Positions 12,190-26,010 of a DNA stretch of 64,000 nt are shown here, piece by piece. Numbering within the stretch: the stretch's first letter is position 1; every line of letters starts with the position of its first letter. This DNA comes from Klebsormidium nitens (Eukaryota > Plantae > Klebsormidiophyceae), in assembly GCA_000708835.1 (NCBI GenBank), contig DF236951.1, positions 57,877 through 121,876 on the forward strand, read 5' to 3'. The notes beneath the pieces were generated by a model that worked only from the letters and a program-made list of their open reading frames with translations, ran no database searches and was not told the DNA's origin. The position numbers were made by a program, and so were the translations under genes.

Positions 12190-13880
12190 TGTGTTTGCGT
12201 ATCTCGTCCAGGCAGCCTTTGCATGGGTGCACACAGGGCACAATGCATCGTCGCCACTATCCTGCGTGCTTATACATGGAACATGTATCCATGGTCGCCA
12301 CCCCACATTCTCTATAAATGAGCAGTCACCAATTTGCAGCGAGGCGAGTCGAATATTCGACCAACCAACATATCAGGTCTGTGCTCACCGTACCGTACTT
12401 CTTCTCGTCAGACTGGCAAGCAGCCGTTTAAAGATGAGTAGGGCGCCGATCGGTAAGCAAGCGTTCGCCTCTCATCTTGATTGAAGACCATGTGTACACG
12501 TACTTTCTGATGATAATGATGTTCTCTTATCAAAGCGCCGTAGCCCATGGGCCATAGGCTTCCATGGCATACATGGAGATCAATGTTCGAGGTGCGAACG
12601 CCTAGCTACCCTACCGTATCTCAGTTGCATGCTACACTAGGGTGAACAATTTGCCCTGCTGCAGCTTATGCATGTTCTTACTGGGACTACGAGCTAACAA
12701 CTTATTAGAGCTATAGGATTGGCATGCTATCTAGCGAGCACCGATCTTGAAAGGGATGTAGCTAGACCGCAATTGAATCAAAGGCACGTGATCATGCGCT
12801 GAACGCTTTTGGCCAGTACCCATGCATCATTGTCTGCACATGTCCGATCCCACATGCTACTACTGTAGCGCGGCTCCGACTTCCGTCAGCCTTGTGCGCA
12901 TGCGCAGGGGACTGTCAGCTACTAGAACCGACATGATTGCATGTGCTATTATAAAAAACAATACATGACATGGTCACGTATGCGTTGCCAACTCCGAGTC
13001 GTAAACTCCGACAGCCCAAGTTGTCGGGCAACTTGGCCATTACGTTTGTACCATGTGTACGAACCTAGAGGTAAGTGCCGACACCTAGACTACAACCATT
13101 GCGTGAGGGAAGAGGGCGGAAGACAACTGGACGACGAGGAGCCCATGTCCGGCCCAACCTTCGACTTTTCAAGACATCGAGACAGCCGCCCGGGCCAATA
13201 GTTAGAAAGGCTCAAAAAAGCGATCGTAGCAATCCAGCTTTGGCTTAGCGCGATAAAACGTATGACAGTTGATATAAGATAAGAGTTGGCAACAACAGCA
13301 ACGGTAAAACAAAGACTCGACACTCTTTTCTCCAACTAATCTAGAATTTTAGGTGCAGTCCTCAATAAGTTAAGATCCGCAGTAAAAGCCTATTGGACAC
13401 TTGCCAAGACCGGATGTCCTTTGCCTTGGCAGGCAGCCCCTTGCTAATCTGGTATCATTCCACCTAGACCCGGGTAACTGCCCGAGATGAGCCTCATAGC
13501 CACCTTGTCTTCACTTGAGTCAAGCTAACGAGCTACCTACAAAAGCCGAGGTGACTGTGTCAGGAACTTACTGCACCAAGTCACCGTCTATTGATACAGA
13601 TGGCAAGTACAGGAGGAATATCCACGAACTCGGACGTGGACAAGAGCAGGGCAAAGCAAGAGCAGGGCCGCCACAGCGGCATGACACGGACGCGGCCAGC
13701 TTGCGAGGGGCATCCGGATCAAAGCCGGCACCAGCAACCCTTCTCCGGACGCCTCCACTCTTGACGTCAACTTAAATCTTTCTCGGAGCTTTGGCTTGGG
13801 TTACCTTGACGAGAAACGAGAGGTCCAACAGAAAGCAGATGTACCGTTACTGAACGTCGAGCAACTACTGAAGAAGAGCA

Positions 13881-16800
13881 CTACGGAAACTTGCTGGATA
13901 CCGGAGCAGAAAAGCGTCGACGAGATATGCAGTTCATTCTAAAAGAAACACGCTTGCAAACGTATGAAAGGACTCCAGGAGCAGGGCTGCTGCTGACCGC
14001 TGCCGTCTGGTTGTTGATGTTGGTCACGTTGGTGAGGCCGGCTGGCAGCGCCCCCGCGGGATACCGGTTGTACGACAGGTCGACCGTCTGCAGGCTGGGC
14101 AGCGCGGCCAGGGACGCGGGGATGCTCCCGTTCAGGGCGTTGTTGTTCAGCAGCAGCGTCACCAGGTTCGTCAAATTGCCCAGCGACGAGGGGAGAGAGC
14201 CTGAGGGAAGGAATACCAGTGAGCGAGGACAAGAAACGAGAACTGCCGGCACGCCTATGGCTGCCAAGGGCGCCGCTCGTGGCCTGCCTGTGGAAACGAG
14301 CACTCGTTCGTGGCAGGAAGCCCGGTTTTCTCAACATGGCTGCGTACTGGGTGTGCCTGTCAAAGGTTTCGGCCAAACTTCCCAACTTCATTTGCTCCGC
14401 TATCCGACTGCTTCGCTATTCCTCCTCACATCACGAGCCTGATTGCAGGTTCGAAAGACCCCTTTCTAATCGCTTTGGAGACACCAACGGCTTCTTCAAG
14501 ATCGCCCGACAGCGACGCAGACAAAAGCGTTCGCGCACTTCAAACACCCGGCATTCGTCAGCGCAGCAGGGTAAAGGAGGCGCTCCTGGGTGTTATGCCT
14601 CACCGATGATGCTGTTGTAGCTCAGGTCCAGGCTCTGCAGGCCGGTGAGGCCGCCGATGACGTCGGGGATGGTCCCAAACGCCTGAACCCGTGATGCATT
14701 CACCGCCACTGCCGACTCCCCTGTCGTAGAGTTGCAGGTCACCCCGGCCCAGGACGAGTTGCAGGGAGCATCGCCCGTCCAGTTGCGGAGCAGCGGCGGG
14801 TTGCCTAGCGAGTACTGGACAACAAACAACAAGCAGGACGGGTGAGGCAAACGAAAAGTTGACCTGGATATTCCTAGGTAAAAACGTGTATCCAACCTCG
14901 GGCCTGATGAACCAAGCGAGGGCTGTAATGTAGGATGGGCGTATGGGTCTGAACATATGGAAATGACTAACATCTCTGCCCAGTTTGCTTCCTCTGGAAA
15001 AAGTTCTATGTCTGGTGTGGCGAAGAGAACAACATGCGCCTGGACGTCGACTATAGCAAAGGGATCCAATGGAGATAATAAGTCCAGCAAGCAGCTGCGT
15101 TGGCCAATGCTCCACTCAGGCAGCGGCAAACGAAGGAGCATTGAAGTTTGCACAAACAACAGAGCCTGGGTTCGCTTCAGACCTGCAGACTCTTTTAAAG
15201 AGTGATTGAGCCGCTTTTCGTCGACGTGGATACCCCTTAAGACTTGATTTCGAACGAGGCAGGATTCCCTCTTCATCTATAATAGACTTAGCAAGAACGT
15301 TACAAAACAGTTTTGGACATGCAACAAAGACTCGTCGCGGTGTCCTTGTCCTCAGAACATGTCACCGTCCAGGCATAATGTACGGGCCAGCCTCTCAACC
15401 GAAAGTGGAGTTGTCCTTACCCGGAGAGCTCTCAAGATATAGGAGTCCGTCACGTTGCCGCAGAGCTGACCAATGACGTTCGAGCAGAACTTGTTGTTGG
15501 TGACGATGAACTGGGCCGCCGTTTTGTTCAGGAAGTAGGGCAGTGGCCCCGTGAGCTGATTGTTTTGCAGATAGATGACGCCCGTGGCGTTGTAAAACTC
15601 GAGGGGCAGGGTGCCATTCAGTTGGTTGGAGCTCAGGTCCAGGTACACCGTCTGGAGCTTGGCCAGCTGCGCACCAAGCAACAAACCAAGACTGACAACA
15701 CCGCTGGTACAGCTTTGGGAGCAGTACTGCCGGCGTCTGACCTTGGCCCAATTCCTCATGGAGGCTGTACTTGCCGATTGCCACTTGTCTGCACTGCCAC
15801 TGCCCTCCCGGGGCTTGCTCGGAAGTATTTCGTGAACAGGGAGTACTTGGCTGTTTGGTTACTGACAAGCTCTATGAGCGTTTTGTGGTGGATCATTGGC
15901 TACGGGCTTGCAAGAGAGGCACGCAGCTTGCTGAAAGTGCACACGAAGGGCACTGAGAGTGGCCGCCAGCACTCACCTCCGGAGGGATTGGGCCAGTCAA
16001 GTTGTTCTGGTCCAACTTCAGATCGTGGAGATAGAGGGACAGATTTCCCAAAGGAGGGGGGATGGTGCCGTTCAAAAAGTTGTTGGACAGGTGGAGTGCC
16101 CCAAGGTACTGGGACTGTCCAAATGTTGCGGGGATGGGGCCTGCAGAAAACCATTGCGGTCAATTTGATGCGAAAACATTTCCAAACAACGGAACAGGTG
16201 TTTGCCAGAAAAGAAACAAAACCAGGTCCCAGAAAAGAGATTTCTTAACGTCAAGCACATTCCATATCATCGCCGTTTACAAAGCAAACAGCTTTGAAGC
16301 TGGCAGGCAATATAGTCAGACACAGAAAACCCTCGGTACTCAATCCACTGTCCCAAGAAGCACAACCCGTTTTGCAAGGTGCCCTTGTCTACCGTCCCAT
16401 GCCAGTCACCAGACAGTGCCTCATGCTTATTATGTTCAAATTCCGCGACGCAAGGTAAGCCTGTCAAGCTGTATCATTCCACTTGGTGAGTATCCTGCCG
16501 GGTACTCCTATGTCCAAAGTGCCAGTAACCTTGGTTGCTAGCACAGCTTGGCCCGCGATAGCAAGCACGTGCTGTACTCGCGATCCTACTTTTTCAGAAA
16601 ATGGTCAAAACCTCTCTTTGACGGTCAGAAGGCCAGTTGCAACCAGAGCCCCTATCCTCAAATGCAACAGGAAGCGGCCGTTGCCACCCACAATTATTGA
16701 AACGGAAGGGAGTAAATAGTGCGTTTCAATATTTCGTACCTTTGAGTCCACATTGTACACAGCTGAGGTATCCAAGCAGGGGCAAAGTGCCAAGAGTGGC

Positions 16801-17698
16801 ATTCAGGGTTGCTCCAAAAGTAGGGTTGAAATCCAGAATGATCTCTCCAAGGACTTTGAGGTTGAGCATCCAAGCTGGGAAGTAAGGTCCGCCAAACGCA
16901 GTCTGGAGGTTGGAGCTCATTGCGATGAAGGCCTGGAGACTTCTCAAGTTGCCCATGGTCTCTGGGAAGGGCTGCGCCCAGTAGTTATAGCTCAGATCTA
17001 GGCGGATGAGGCTGGTCAGCAGCGGGACAACGGGTGGCAGAATAGAAAACTGGTTTCCGCCCAGGGTGAGAGACGTAAGGTTCTTAATGTTGGCAAGTTC
17101 ATTGGGTAGCGTGGTGATGACATTGTTGTCGATGGCCAGAGTTTGAAGTTGTTGCAGCCCCCCAACGGCGGTGGGAATGCCAGAAAAGTTGAGGCCCGTG
17201 AGATAGAGGTTTTGCAGGCTGGGGAAGGCTCCGATCTCTGGGGGAGCGACCCCACTGTAAGGACCTGCAAACGACAGAACGTGGCTCAGCAATTGAACAC
17301 TTTCCCTGGTGCCTTTTTCAAGTTCTGACACCAGCATTGTCCATTAGCACATGGAAGGGGCTCAGTCTGTCAACAATGCTGGCACTGCCCTGGTTTCGGG
17401 CAGGAGCGGGCGCCACACCTGTGTTCCTCAAATCCACAGTTGTGATCACATATGTCGCTGGTGGCGCCGCGAGCGTGCAGTTGATTGAGGGAACAGCGGG
17501 GCCGGTGCCGTTACACGGGTCAAGCGCCAAAAGTGGATCTGCCCAAAGCGCCAGCTTAGCGGGCCTCCCAAGGGCGGTGTAAAGATTCCTGATGGCAGTG
17601 ACATCGGCAGGACTGGTGATGGCAGACACCCCTGACGTGGCGAAGGCAATGGCCAGGACCAGAGAGGAGAGGAGAACAAAGCCCTGCTCCCGCGCCAT
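13881..17698 (-). CDS. Secreted LRR protein with a TMK (LRR-RLK IX)-type two-cap ectodomain; no kinase domain; 3' end unresolved
   Basis: Exons 17698-17419, 17264-16740, 16140-15977, 15666-15421, 14814-14604 and 14200 to either stop 13881 (581 aa) or a possible donor at 13997. Signal peptide MAREQGFVLLSSLVLAIAFATSGVSA, N-cap W...DPC...C, about 10-11 plant extracellular LRRs, an island NKFC..V.GQLC, a second cap W.G..PC..W.GVTC, then 3 LRRs. Confidence 0.85.
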
Positions 17699-17836
17699 GA
17701 TGGCGCTCGAAAACTACTACCTTACCTCAGGCTCGAGATCTGTAATTTTGAAACAAGCCCTTCCACAGCTCCCACCTACATCCTGTGTGCCAGGGCAGTG
17801 TCAGCTAGGATGTCCTAGATGTAAAAGCACAGGAGA

Positions 17837-17864
17837 CTGGACTCTGGAGTCTGGAGTCTGGACT
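17837..17864. repeat. Heptamer tandem repeat CTGGA(C/G)T x4 upstream of the LRR gene
   Basis: ctggact ctggagt ctggagt ctggact. Confidence 0.85.
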
Positions 17865-18628
17865 CGGAACTTGTTTTTCCTTGTACGCTGATTTCGCAAG
17901 ATCTGATCAGCCTTTTGCTGCTCACTGTACCGTCGATTTGCCAAGCACAGCAAGACGAATCTTAAGGAACGGTGAGGATGGCTCATCATGTCCAACTTGC
18001 GACTCGCAATCCTGAGTAGGTAGGTACCAAACTTTTGCCCCACACTGCCACACAGTCTAGCCCGAGTCAAGTCGGACTCAAGTCGCGAACGGCAAAACAA
18101 CATCGGACAGATGTTCAAGACTTGGTAGCGTTGTAGGTATGAGCAGCTTCCATTCGAAAGCTGGCTGCTCTATCAACTAGTCTCTAGCTATGCAGTACAT
18201 GCACGTAGCTTGAACAAGCGGGCTAGCAAGACTTTCATTTGGCCATGTTCACCATAAAAGGTCTGCGCATGCATGTGCAACAATCAACAACTGAACTTGA
18301 CGTGAGAAGAACTTCATAATATTAGGAACCCGTCTATCGCTTCAGATGAGGCACAACAAAAAAGGTACATGTACAAGGCAGTTCTTTGGAGCCGACGTCG
18401 GTTCGACATGCTGACATAGGGTCGAGCCTGAGCTGGCGAATAGACACAAGGATATAGCAGCTCGATTGCATTTCACCTTGTGTACATTACAGCTTGGAAC
18501 TCGTAGCTGCCCCTTTGTTCGTTACTCAAAGGCAGCAATCTAGATCACTGCGACTGGGCACTGTTGGGTATGGATCAAGGCCTACTCAACTCCTTAGCAT
18601 TCCACACGATGCAGCTTGCGCTTCAGCG

Positions 18629-21600
18629 CTAACAAGGAATCTTATCCTTCAAATACTCTAATAGGGCCTTTGTTCCGCGATCCAGCACGGCACGCCGGAT
18701 TCTGCAACAGTTTGAGAAGGAGCAGAGGTTCAAGAGACAGTAATTACTGGATTCTGGGCCACAAAAGTCGATGCTCGTCAAACAGTGCGCATAGTTGGAG
18801 GCGAAGCAATTGAGTCACGGCAGCAATTGACAACATCAAGAACGGAGAGCAACAAGAGTACATGGCCTGAAATGGTGCCTCGACCAACCAGGGTACGGAG
18901 CGCAGTAATGCTCTGCAAGTGACGAACAAACTCTTCTTCCGTTGGCTGAGGTGTAGAAAGCAGTGACGTAAGTAAGCCTCCGTTCATATTCGAAATTTCA
19001 TGGACGTTCGCTTACGTTCGTAGGGGATTGCCCTCCACTTTAAGCGACCGCAATGATGACTCTAGAAGGCCCTGCAAACGACAGGGAACCAAATGTTGGA
19101 CAAAACTTGCAGCGGCTCATGATAGGCGACATGAGCAAAGGCTTCGACGATTTACTTTCAAGATCGAAAAGGGAACGCAAACAGTCGCTGAAGGAGTAGA
19201 CAAGAGTACAATCACTTACCAGTTGCGGGGGGAGCGCAGAGATGTTGTTGTTGCTCAGGTCCAGCTCCTCAAGGGACGTCATGCCACCGAGGAACTGGAG
19301 ACAGCTCAACGGATCAGGCTCAACTTACGGTCCGGCTCAGTGATATGTTATCCGTGCCTTAGAGGAGTCTGTTCAGAACCATCATCCTGCTATTCCGCGG
19401 CCACGCAACTCTTCTGAACAGTTCAATCTATGCAGATCCAACTGCTTCAAGCGATCCTGAGACAAAACCCAGGCAACTCGTCACTTGAAGAGCGTGCCCT
19501 GCTTTGAAATGGACGCAAACATGAAGCCGGCCTCATCATGTATCAAGGTCCCAAAAACCCTGCTACTTCACGGCCTGCCGATTGGGTACAGGAAGCATCA
19601 CGTACCTCTGGCACGACGGTGAGCCGATTCTGGCTGACATCCAGTATCCGTAAGGCAGTCAGCTGCGCCAGGTCGGACGGGATGTCCTGCAAGTTCGTCT
19701 GCCTGCACGGAAAGGGTTGACGAGCGTTATGAAAGCACGAATGACGGTGACTTTCCTAGCCAAAAGTGCACCTTTTCACGATTCGACGGATTCATGGGGC
19801 AGTCGACCTCACTGAACGCTTGGAAGCAGCGATACCACAGATCCAAGACGTTAGCAAAACAATAGAGACTACGCACGAACAATGAAGTCCCTTCTGCTCC
19901 ACCACCCCCGGTCTCAATCTTCTTTCAAGCCAAAGGACGACAGGTGCCTCTCTTCCGGGACCCAGTCCTCACCCCAGACGAAGTTCTTCGAGATGGGACA
20001 AGCATGACAAGGCCGGCCCAGGTGGCAGTGCCGCTCGTGTACCCGTCAGGTCCAGCGATCGGAGCGCTTGCAGGGAAGCCAAGCGGAACGCGTCATCAGG
20101 CAGCACTCGGAGCGGGTTGCGAGCGAGCGAGAGGGTCCGTAAGGTCGGGACGCCAGAAAGACCTGGCGCCGGCCACTCGATGAACGCGTTGTCGGACAAG
20201 AGCAGCCCCTGCAGGAGAAGGTTCGAAGCAATTGTTAGGAGCATGTGTATCAGGGTAGCAGCCGGAGGGTTTTAACTGGGGGCGGGAAACAGATAGGAAT
20301 TGTAAGATTCCGTCCTCGAAAAGTGATGGTTCTTTGCGCAAGTAAAAGAAAGTTGTGGTCTATAGCACGGAGCTACGTCGAGTTGGACCGGACCCTCCAA
20401 CCCTGACAAAGTCCACCAGCTTTTCGGCAGGTCAGTGCCAACGCGGAAGTTGTACGACTGCTTACAGTCAGGGCCGTGCAGGCTCGCAGTTCCCCTGGGA
20501 GGCTGCTGATCTTATTCCGGCTCAAGTCGAGCGTCGTGATGGACCCGCCAACCTCCCAGGCTTCCGAGGGTACTTCCGTCAAGCCCTTATCGACCAACGA
20601 CAGGACCTGGAAGCAGCCACGGGCATTTTTGAGCACCGAAAACAGCTGATACACGGATATGTCCAGATCTGCTCACAGTGTGGAACGTGGTTGATAGCAA
20701 CTCATTTACCGACAGCTTACGAGAGAGTGAGGAAAAATATCAGAGCAGAAAGGAGGAGAGGCAACGCCTTAGGAGGACCTTCGGACTGCAAACCGGACGA
20801 AGTGAAAAGCCAGGAATCTTGGACGATGTCTGGAAGGCCGGACGTGCGGGGCTGGGGTCAAATTGGACGCAACGTGTAGACGGAAAGTCAAGCCGACCCG
20901 TCTTGTTACCCCACTGCTGGCAGCAGTTCTGGCGGCAGTTGCTGATTGTTGCGAGACGTCTGCTGCAAAAATGTTGCCGGAGCTTGCCTTGGGGGCCTCT
21001 TTGCGATCTGCATCCAGCCAGAGGTGTGGCTCAAGCTTTTTCAAGAGAAACGTCCTTCCAGCGGAACGGGTTTCAGATTGCGAAAACCACGACTTTTGAC
21101 CGCATCATCTCAAACTGCTCCGGGGACGGTGCAAGCCTTGCTTCTGGCAACAGGAGATACCTCCCATCTAGCGTCAAAGATGTCAGGAGCTGTGAGCATT
21201 AAGGTGTTCAGCACTGCACATCAAACACGAGCGCGCGTAGAACAATCCCTTACCTTCTTCCGAAGCGACTCGGCTACGAAGATAGGCCAGCAGGTTGGAC
21301 GTTGGCCCGCTGACCAGTGAACTGCAGACGTTGGAACAGACTGAAGTGAAAAGAACCATTTGGACTGGCCGTCAAGAGTATTCTTTTGCCGGTCAGGGCA
21401 AGCTAGGAGTCGCCGGCGGTATACCAAACTTGAGAAGAAAAATCAACGGAAGCCCGCTTTTAACAGCCAGGTCGACGATGCAACCACGAAGATACGGTCG
21501 CACCGTCAGACCACGCTCACCTTCGGAGAGAGCGCAGGGCGTTCCCGTCCAGAACCAGCCGCCGAAGGCTCGTCATGAAGCCTGCGGAAGAAGAAGGTCA

Positions 21601-24600
21601 ACTGGGTTCTCAAAACCACCAAAAAGCACGAACGATGCACGATGTAAAAGTCGGTGACTGACAGGTTCTCGGGTTAAAATTAAGTGCTATCCTCTGGAAA
21701 ATCTGGAAAGGAAAGTGCTTACGTTTGCAGGTCAGATGAGGCTGCTCCCACCAGCTCACCAAGTTCAGCGGGCAGCCCCGACAGATCGTTGTTGCTCAAG
21801 TCCAGCAACGACAAACCGAGAGAGCACAAGGCGGCTGGGTACTCCCCTAACTGCATGAGCAGGATGGGTACTGTGTCAGGTAAACTTGAAAAGGTTGGTC
21901 CATCACGTTGGGGTGAACCAGAAAGTCCGAACAGCTTCGGTCATCATTTCAAACAAAGCCTGCTTCAGCATAGACGACTGTCCGCGTGGGGCGTTAAGCG
22001 CATCACATTAAAAGCATGGCAGTTGTTCGAAGGGGACCAGCTGTACCTGGTTGTCCCGTACGTCCAGCGTGCTCAGCTTTGATAGGCTGGCAAAATCTTC
22101 GGGCAGCTGCTGCAGATTGTTAAGCCTGGCACACCACGCACAGTTTTAGGCAAGCTGTGTGCTGTCAGACATTTCCAATGAACAATAGAAACGATTGACG
22201 CAAGTCAAGCTAGTACCAAGATCGTATCTGATTTGATTACTCTGAGAATCTTAGACAATCTTTATCCCAAGAATTCACAAAGAAGTTCCCCAATTCTGTT
22301 CAAAGCCAGCTCTTTCGTGCGATTGAAACGAGAAGCAGAGAGGTGGGCGTACCCTAAATATAGCTCGGCCAGCTTCGCACATCTTCCTAGGCCCAGTGGA
22401 AGAGTCGTCAATTCTGTACACAAAGAGACACAACAATTCAGACAGCCTGAGAAAGTTGAAAGGGTTTAAGGTTTGCTGGCAGATTACTCGATGTTGCAAC
22501 AGAATTTGCCCCTTGTCATCACAGGACGTCTCCGCAACCATGCCAGTCCAGTGCGGTGACAGGAATTTGAAGTGAGGGACACTTAGCAGCAATCAGCATA
22601 AAGACACTCACTGTTCTGTCGGAGATCCAATCGCGTCAAGGAAGACAGGGCTCCCATGCTAGCGGGCACCGAAGCCAGAACATTCTTGGCTGTGGGGATT
22701 ACAAACTTAATGTCAAGAAACAGAACAGGGCCAAATGGATGAAGACAAGTGGTGATAGAGAAGGAGGACGTACAGACGACAGGCCTGAAATGGTTTCTCA
22801 GCCTTCAACTCGCCCTAGACCTACAGTTGACTGGCTCAAGCAAAGACTGGTCCAAAGCATAATTCGTATGATCAAACACCAAGTAGATCAACAGCTGGCG
22901 ACCGCGGCGAGGTTCTTACTCACAGATGTTGAGATCAGTCATCGACAGTAGGCCAGCGAAGATCCCGTCAGGTAAGGAAGGAAGCAGATTGCCCTCAAGA
23001 TCGAGAGTCATCAGCTTTGAAAGATGGTGCAGGTTGGCAGGGAGCGCGGCCAAGCGGTTGTTTGGGACCTGCCAAACGAAACATTCTATGTTTCAATCTT
23101 CCAATGGCTGTCAATCCTGCAAATGGCTCCATATGACTAACAGACGACGTGAAGGCATCACCCAATGCAGGAGTTGCTGAGAATGAACGAATGTTGCTTA
23201 GAAAGAAAGAGGTGGCCACCTTGTGCATGCAGTTTGCTTACCTTGAATTCTACCAACTCCGAACAACGCCCAAGGTTGTTGGGGAGTGCGGTTAACTGGT
23301 TTGACCCACAAGACAACCTGCAGGCGTTTCATTCAAACCCACTGACGACACCTATATTTGATAGCATGTTGCAACATCTTCGAGAGATCCAGCAAGGGAA
23401 AGGTTGCTACTTCCGTACTACTAGCTGATAAGCTGATGCTGAGCAAGTGGTTGGGCACTTTCAATTACAGGACGCTTCAACCATTAGGGGGAAAAAGAAA
23501 GTACCATCTCCCACAAGACAGGGTCATATCCAGAAAGTGGAACTATTACCTCACAAGGCTTGCAAGCTCGCTCAAACTTTCAGGCAGGCAGGTCAAAGAA
23601 TTGTTGCTGACGTCCAATGACTTCAACGCTTGAATACTGCAGTTGTGGAAGAGAAGTATGTGGTTGGTTAGTGAGCGGACTCCGAGCTTCAGTAAGTCTT
23701 GGCTGATTCTCTACTATGCTCAGTGCAGATACTATAAATCAAGGCACAGAGGTGTTGGCTTCCAGATAATTGTATGTCCCTCACCGTATCCTGAGAAGGT
23801 AAGCAGAAGAGGACCAGATTGTCTCCACAATTGACAAGCAAACACGAATGTGTGGGGCTACTTCAAACGGGCATCCCTTGAACTTACCTGCCAATTGTAG
23901 CTGGAAGGCTTGTCAGCTTATTGTGACTTAGGTCCAGTAGGGTCAGGGTAACAAGCCCACCAAGTGAATCATCCAGAACACTGATAACATTGTGCGACAG
24001 TGTCAACTTCTGGAGGTCCACAACCTGAAGAAAGCAGAAGAAACATGAAAAAGCTGCATACGGGGCGCAAAGAGTAGCCGCCACCGCACAAGACTTGGCC
24101 ACTCAGTAAAAGAAGCATGACCTGATTGGGGACAAAGATGGGATTTGAGCATCCTTGCAGATTGCCAAATGTGCCGGGCTTTCTTCAACAGTCAGGCCCC
24201 TTGTTGTAGCTACAATTGTTACTTCAATCGATTTTGACTCATTCATTTACTAATGTTGCCCCGACTTCTAGATACTCTAATGGGGGTAGTTTGAGTATCT
24301 GCTTTTTACCTCCGGTAGCATTCCTTCCAGTACTCTGGTGGTGGTAATAAGTTTCTGCTTTCTCGTGTTCGTCTTGATTTGGCAGCGCCCGCCCGACACA
24401 CACTTGCCAAAGGAAAGCAAGCTGATTATACGATACCTGCTGTGGGTCTGTAGCCTCAGATGGTCAGGCCAAGTTCTGAGATGCTTACCTCCCACCACTT
24501 CTCATCAGGGTCAATTGTAGCCTGTATCTGGTAGACACCATCAGGAACAGAGCTGCACAAAAAAGCTGGGTTTTTCAGAAAGCATGAGGCACCCAGAAAG

Positions 24601-24819
24601 ATGACAAAATCCAATTCGCTCGATGAGCATGAAAGTTCGGCAGACCAAAACATGGTTAAAGCATGTACTTGAGCATCGGACGACACGACATCACTGGAGT
24701 ACTCTACGGTTGTGTTTTGACGTACATAAAAGCACTCGAAACTTTTCACCATACCTTAGATCTCTGCCGCTCAGATTGAGAGTCCCTGAAAGCCTTGCAG
24801 TCCTCAGGATCCGCTCCAT
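18629..24819 (-). CDS. LRRC40: Intracellular LRR protein, LRRC40-like / AT3G15410-like (595 aa, 19 exons)
   Basis: Exons 24819-24755, 24552-24489, 24024-23888, 23636-23550, 23317-23242, 23068-22924, 22689-22612, 22413-22353, 22125-22047, 21850-21760, 21581-21521, 21321-21254, 21007-20910, 20606-20466, 20208-19973, 19702-19606, 19294-19220, 19071-19016, 18701-18629; 1788 nt, phases compatible. N-terminus [31 protein letters not shown], internal cap [27 protein letters not shown]-cap [27 protein letters not shown]. Confidence 0.9.
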
Positions 24820-26010
24820 TTGTCGTGAAGTGAACACTCGCAGCAGTGATCTTTAAAAGATGAAACATCGCAAGGTTCTGCCCTTCAGAATGCTTCACTC
24901 AAAGCCTGAGGCTGAGAAGTTCCATTCGTCTGAACAAGTACCTAGCCAACACGCTGTTGAGAAAAGGGTGTGAGGCTGAGACAGCCCATCCTGATCAACT
25001 TCCAACTTTAAGCCTCAGGCTGAGCTTAGCTCCTCAAACGGACTCGGAGTCACCTGCAATCACATTGCATGTGAGTTCGAACTTTGAACAGCATGTTTCA
25101 ATTTGCAAAGATGCTGCATGATAATTCCTACCTTCATATAGAGCTTCACCATACCATGCCCGTTGGATGGCGAATCCTGATTCTTGAACGGTCAGATTTG
25201 CGCAACCAGGCGTCCCTCCGAACAAAGCGGTATTGTTATACCGTAGCTCGGTCAACCCGACGGTTGCAATCGAGGTTTAAGGTTGTGCATGTAGCATTTG
25301 TATGTTGTTACAGCCTGGTTCGGATCCTCTACTTGGAGGTTCGTGTTCTAACCATTTCCGTTACATCGGTAATCAGTGGAAAGACCCTGGGCATGGGCTA
25401 AATTTCCGAAACAGCGTGTTCAGGCAAAGGAGCCTCGGTTCTCCAGGGCCCGGGCCGCATTCTGTGACCATTCTGCATGACGATACTATAATAGTGATTT
25501 GAACCAGCCAACTGGCATTGGCAACGGCCCATCCAGCCGCGATCACAAGAACTTGAAGAAGGAACTCGAGGGCTTCCGTTGGTGAGGATCGACAGGAGGA
25601 GCCAGAGGATCAGGGCGGCATCTTTTATGCTGTGGATGAGGCGTTGGGCCACCTAGGAAAGGACGTCTGGTGGCAGAGCAGTCTGCAAATCAAAGATGAC
25701 AGCAACCGAGCAAGATGCGGGCAGACATTTACAATCTGCGCCCTACAGAAGCCTGATTTGAGCTCAATGGACATCACCCAACCTCCTGATTGCCAGACCA
25801 GTGTTTCGACCTGAAGAACTGGATGCCTGCCCTAGGCAGCAAGCACCATCATCCACCATCTGGCACTGTTTCTTCTTTCACTGACAATCTTGAATGGTCC
25901 AAGAAACCTTTTGAATAATAATTTCTTGAATTCAGCTGCTCTTGATTACTCCTCAAAGACGCTTGTGAGTAACTCTAGTGCTCTGAGAGTTGTGGCATCT
26001 CCGATACATA

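Noticed and set aside
18744-18915. Possible alternative last exon of the LRRC40-like gene
   Set aside because: It has a good acceptor and an open frame, but the peptide is not LRR-like. Exon 18701-18629 gives the expected [21 protein letters not shown]-cap.
25034-25255. Minus-strand ORF with an IQRAWYG motif reminiscent of SUEL lectins
   Set aside because: Starts at TTG, has an in-frame stop just upstream with no acceptor AG between, and lacks the lectin C-terminal DPC motif. Probably chance.
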